Virus record (IMG/VR): IMGVR_UViG_3300020577_012961
Location: 1-64,000 of that record
DNA length: 64,000 nt
Strand: one strand, 5' to 3'
Source: a virus
Lineage: Duplodnaviria; Caudoviricetes
Shown here: positions 62,503 to 64,000 of the stretch, piece after piece
How positions within the stretch are numbered: position 1 is the stretch's first letter
Layout: each line of letters starts with the position of its first letter
Notes under the pieces: generated by a model
What the model saw: the letters and a program-made list of their open reading frames with translations, nothing else
Database searches by the model: none
Told to the model about the DNA's origin: nothing
Position numbers and translations under genes: made by a program

Positions 62503-63195
62503 TCAGGCCTCCCCCGTCAGCACGGCCAGCTGGCGCACCCGGAACGGCAGCGCCGCCGCGTCCTCGATGGCCATCCGGCGCCGCCACTCCTTCCGGTCTG
62601 GGAACCAGGCGAAGCCGTGCGCCTTGACGACGTCCTTCTGCTCGAAGGGCGCCAGCGACACGAACTCGGCCTTCGGGCGCAGGCCGCGCGCCAGCATCGC
62701 GCCCAGGTCGGCGCCGAGCTCGCGGGCGCGGGTGAACAGGCGGGCCAGCAGCTCGCAGTCGGCGAGGGCGCGGTGCGCCACCGCCACGCCCAGGTCGTGC
62801 TCGAGCGCCAGCGCCACCAGCGAGGGCTCCGGCTTCGTCTGCTTGGGCCACTGCAGATCGCTCTTGCTGCAGACCCAGGGCAGCAGGCGGCGGACCGGCT
62901 CCGGGGTGAAGCTCTCGTCGAATGCGGCGTGGTGCGCGACGAAGGCGGTGGCGCCAGCGGCCATCTGCATGACGTGACCCCACACCGGCCCGGCGGCGGG
63001 CGCGTCGCGGAGCGCGGCCGGCGGGATCCGGTTGATGTTCTCGCAGGGGTTGTCGGGCGCCTCCATCAGAGAGGAGAACGACTCCAGCGCGGTGGCGTGG
63101 TCGATGCTGTAGAGCACCGCGCCCACCTCGAGGACGCGGTCGACCTTGGGATCGAGACCGGAGGTCTCCGTGTCGATGATCAGGATGGTTGCCAC
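62503..63195 (-). CDS. DEDDh 3'-5' exonuclease (Pol III epsilon-like) with DUF5710-like C-terminus
   Basis: IDTETSG, VAH.A.FD, AHRALAD; PFEQKD.VKA.GF.W....K.W. Confidence 0.88.
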   Translation of the reverse strand: MATILIIDTETSGLDPKVDRVLEVGAVLYSIDHATALESFSSLMEAPDNPCENINRIPPAALRDAPAAGPVWGHVMQMAAGATAFVAHHAAFDESFTPEPVRRLLPWVCSKSDLQWPKQTKPEPSLVALALEHDLGVAVAHRALADCELLARLFTRARELGADLGAMLARGLRPKAEFVSLAPFEQKDVVKAHGFAWFPDRKEWRRRMAIEDAAALPFRVRQLAVLTGEA

Positions 63196-63204
63196 GCTCG
63201 CCTC

Positions 63205-63648
63205 CTACAGCTCGTCGGGGGCCGGCTCATCGGCCGGCGGTTGCTGTTGCTGCTGCGCGCGCTTCCTGGCCGCCCACCCCCGGGCCAGCTTCGCGTCGCG
63301 CAGCTTGTAGGTCTTCTTCTTCGGGTCGGACTCCTGCGCGGCGAAGTCGTCGAAGACGATCGCCAGCAGGTCGAGGAAGTCCGGCGGGCACTCCGAGAAC
63401 TTCGATCCCTTGAAGGACTCGCCCGCCCAGTCCCGCGGGTTGAGGCGCACCTCGGGGTCGCCGTACTTGCCGGCCATCTCGGCGTCGGTGGCGATGGAGC
63501 CGCCGGCCGACGAGCCGCCCGCTGGCCGCGGCGCCGCGCCCAGGTGGTTCACCAGCAGCGCGAGGCCGCGGAGGATGCGCTCGTCCCGCTCCTTTTCCTC
63601 CTTCTGGCCCGCCAGGATGGCGTCGAGCTTCTCGTCGATGGTCGGCAT
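63205..63648 (-). CDS. Hypothetical protein
   Basis: Strong codon bias; GDPEVR..PRDW.G. Confidence 0.6.
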   Translation of the reverse strand: MPTIDEKLDAILAGQKEEKERDERILRGLALLVNHLGAAPRPAGGSSAGGSIATDAEMAGKYGDPEVRLNPRDWAGESFKGSKFSECPPDFLDLLAIVFDDFAAQESDPKKKTYKLRDAKLARGWAARKRAQQQQQPPADEPAPDEL

Positions 63649-63651
63649 GGG

Positions 63652-63894
63652 CTACGGCACAACGTCCACGCCGTGGCGCGCGAGCAGCGCGTCGTCGACG
63701 TTCACCAGATCGAGGATTGCGACGTTGGTGGCGGGGTCGTAGCTGGCCTGGAGACACGGCCCATCGCCCCCGATCGGCTGCAGCTCGATGCCGCACTGGA
63801 GCTTGAGGTAGCCGGAGAGCGCCACAGCCTCGGCCGTCAGCATCCACGGCTCAACTCGCATCACCACGTGCGGCTCCGGCCGCGCCCCCTCCAT
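63652..63894 (-). CDS. Hypothetical protein
   Basis: Short ORF in the same operon; start uncertain. Confidence 0.4.
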   Translation of the reverse strand: MEGARPEPHVVMRVEPWMLTAEAVALSGYLKLQCGIELQPIGGDGPCLQASYDPATNVAILDLVNVDDALLARHGVDVVP

Positions 63895-64000
63895 CCCGGC
63901 CTCGACGTTGGTGACGCCGTCGCCACTATCGCAGGTGTCGAAGCCCCACGACTGCAGTAGCGCGACGGTGCGGACGATACCGGGGGTGAGACCGGGAATG

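Larger units (their letters stand above)
1..64000. mobile_element. Temperate tailed phage genome (Mu-like contractile-tail morphogenesis genes plus tyrosine integrase); free/excised form, continues beyond the window
   Basis: Continuous phage gene order from terminase to lysis on +, early/accessory genes on -, intact attP next to int, no host housekeeping genes. Confidence 0.93.

Noticed and set aside
38593-63960. Long + strand ORFs in the right arm (38593..40803, 48552..50642, 58725..60272, 61954..63960)
   Set aside because: Antisense shadows of motif-bearing - strand genes

Overview
The whole 64 kb window reads as one high-GC temperate tailed phage with a contractile tail. The host is probably a high-GC diderm such as a myxobacterium; this is inference only. 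The + strand from about 96 to 36.7k carries a Mu-like virion module: terminase, DUF935-type portal, protease/scaffold, capsid, sheath, tube, tape measure and a gp43-48-like baseplate. Fibre/depolymerase genes and a lysis region with a GH75-like lysin follow. The - strand from about 36.9k to 64k carries accessory operons (ArdC, RHH, HNH-AP2), an intact attP beside a tyrosine integrase and excisionase, and a long early region (two DNA methyltransferases, radical SAM, Cas4-like and DEDDh nucleases, many small Zn-finger proteins). The intact attP with phage genes on both sides implies the excised or free form. The most striking feature is a two-gene reverse-strand insert with its own promoter, directly after the short tail-fibre gene. 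It encodes a membrane-anchored WYL protein and a lipoprotein whose mature part is a ~50%-identical ungapped copy of the fibre's own C-terminal domain, a candidate decoy superinfection-exclusion system. Also notable are an attP carrying the 5' (not 3') half of tRNA-Leu(CAA) and an intein-less in-frame LAGLIDADG insertion in a methyltransferase. All calls come from motif recognition and synteny by eye; no database searches were run.
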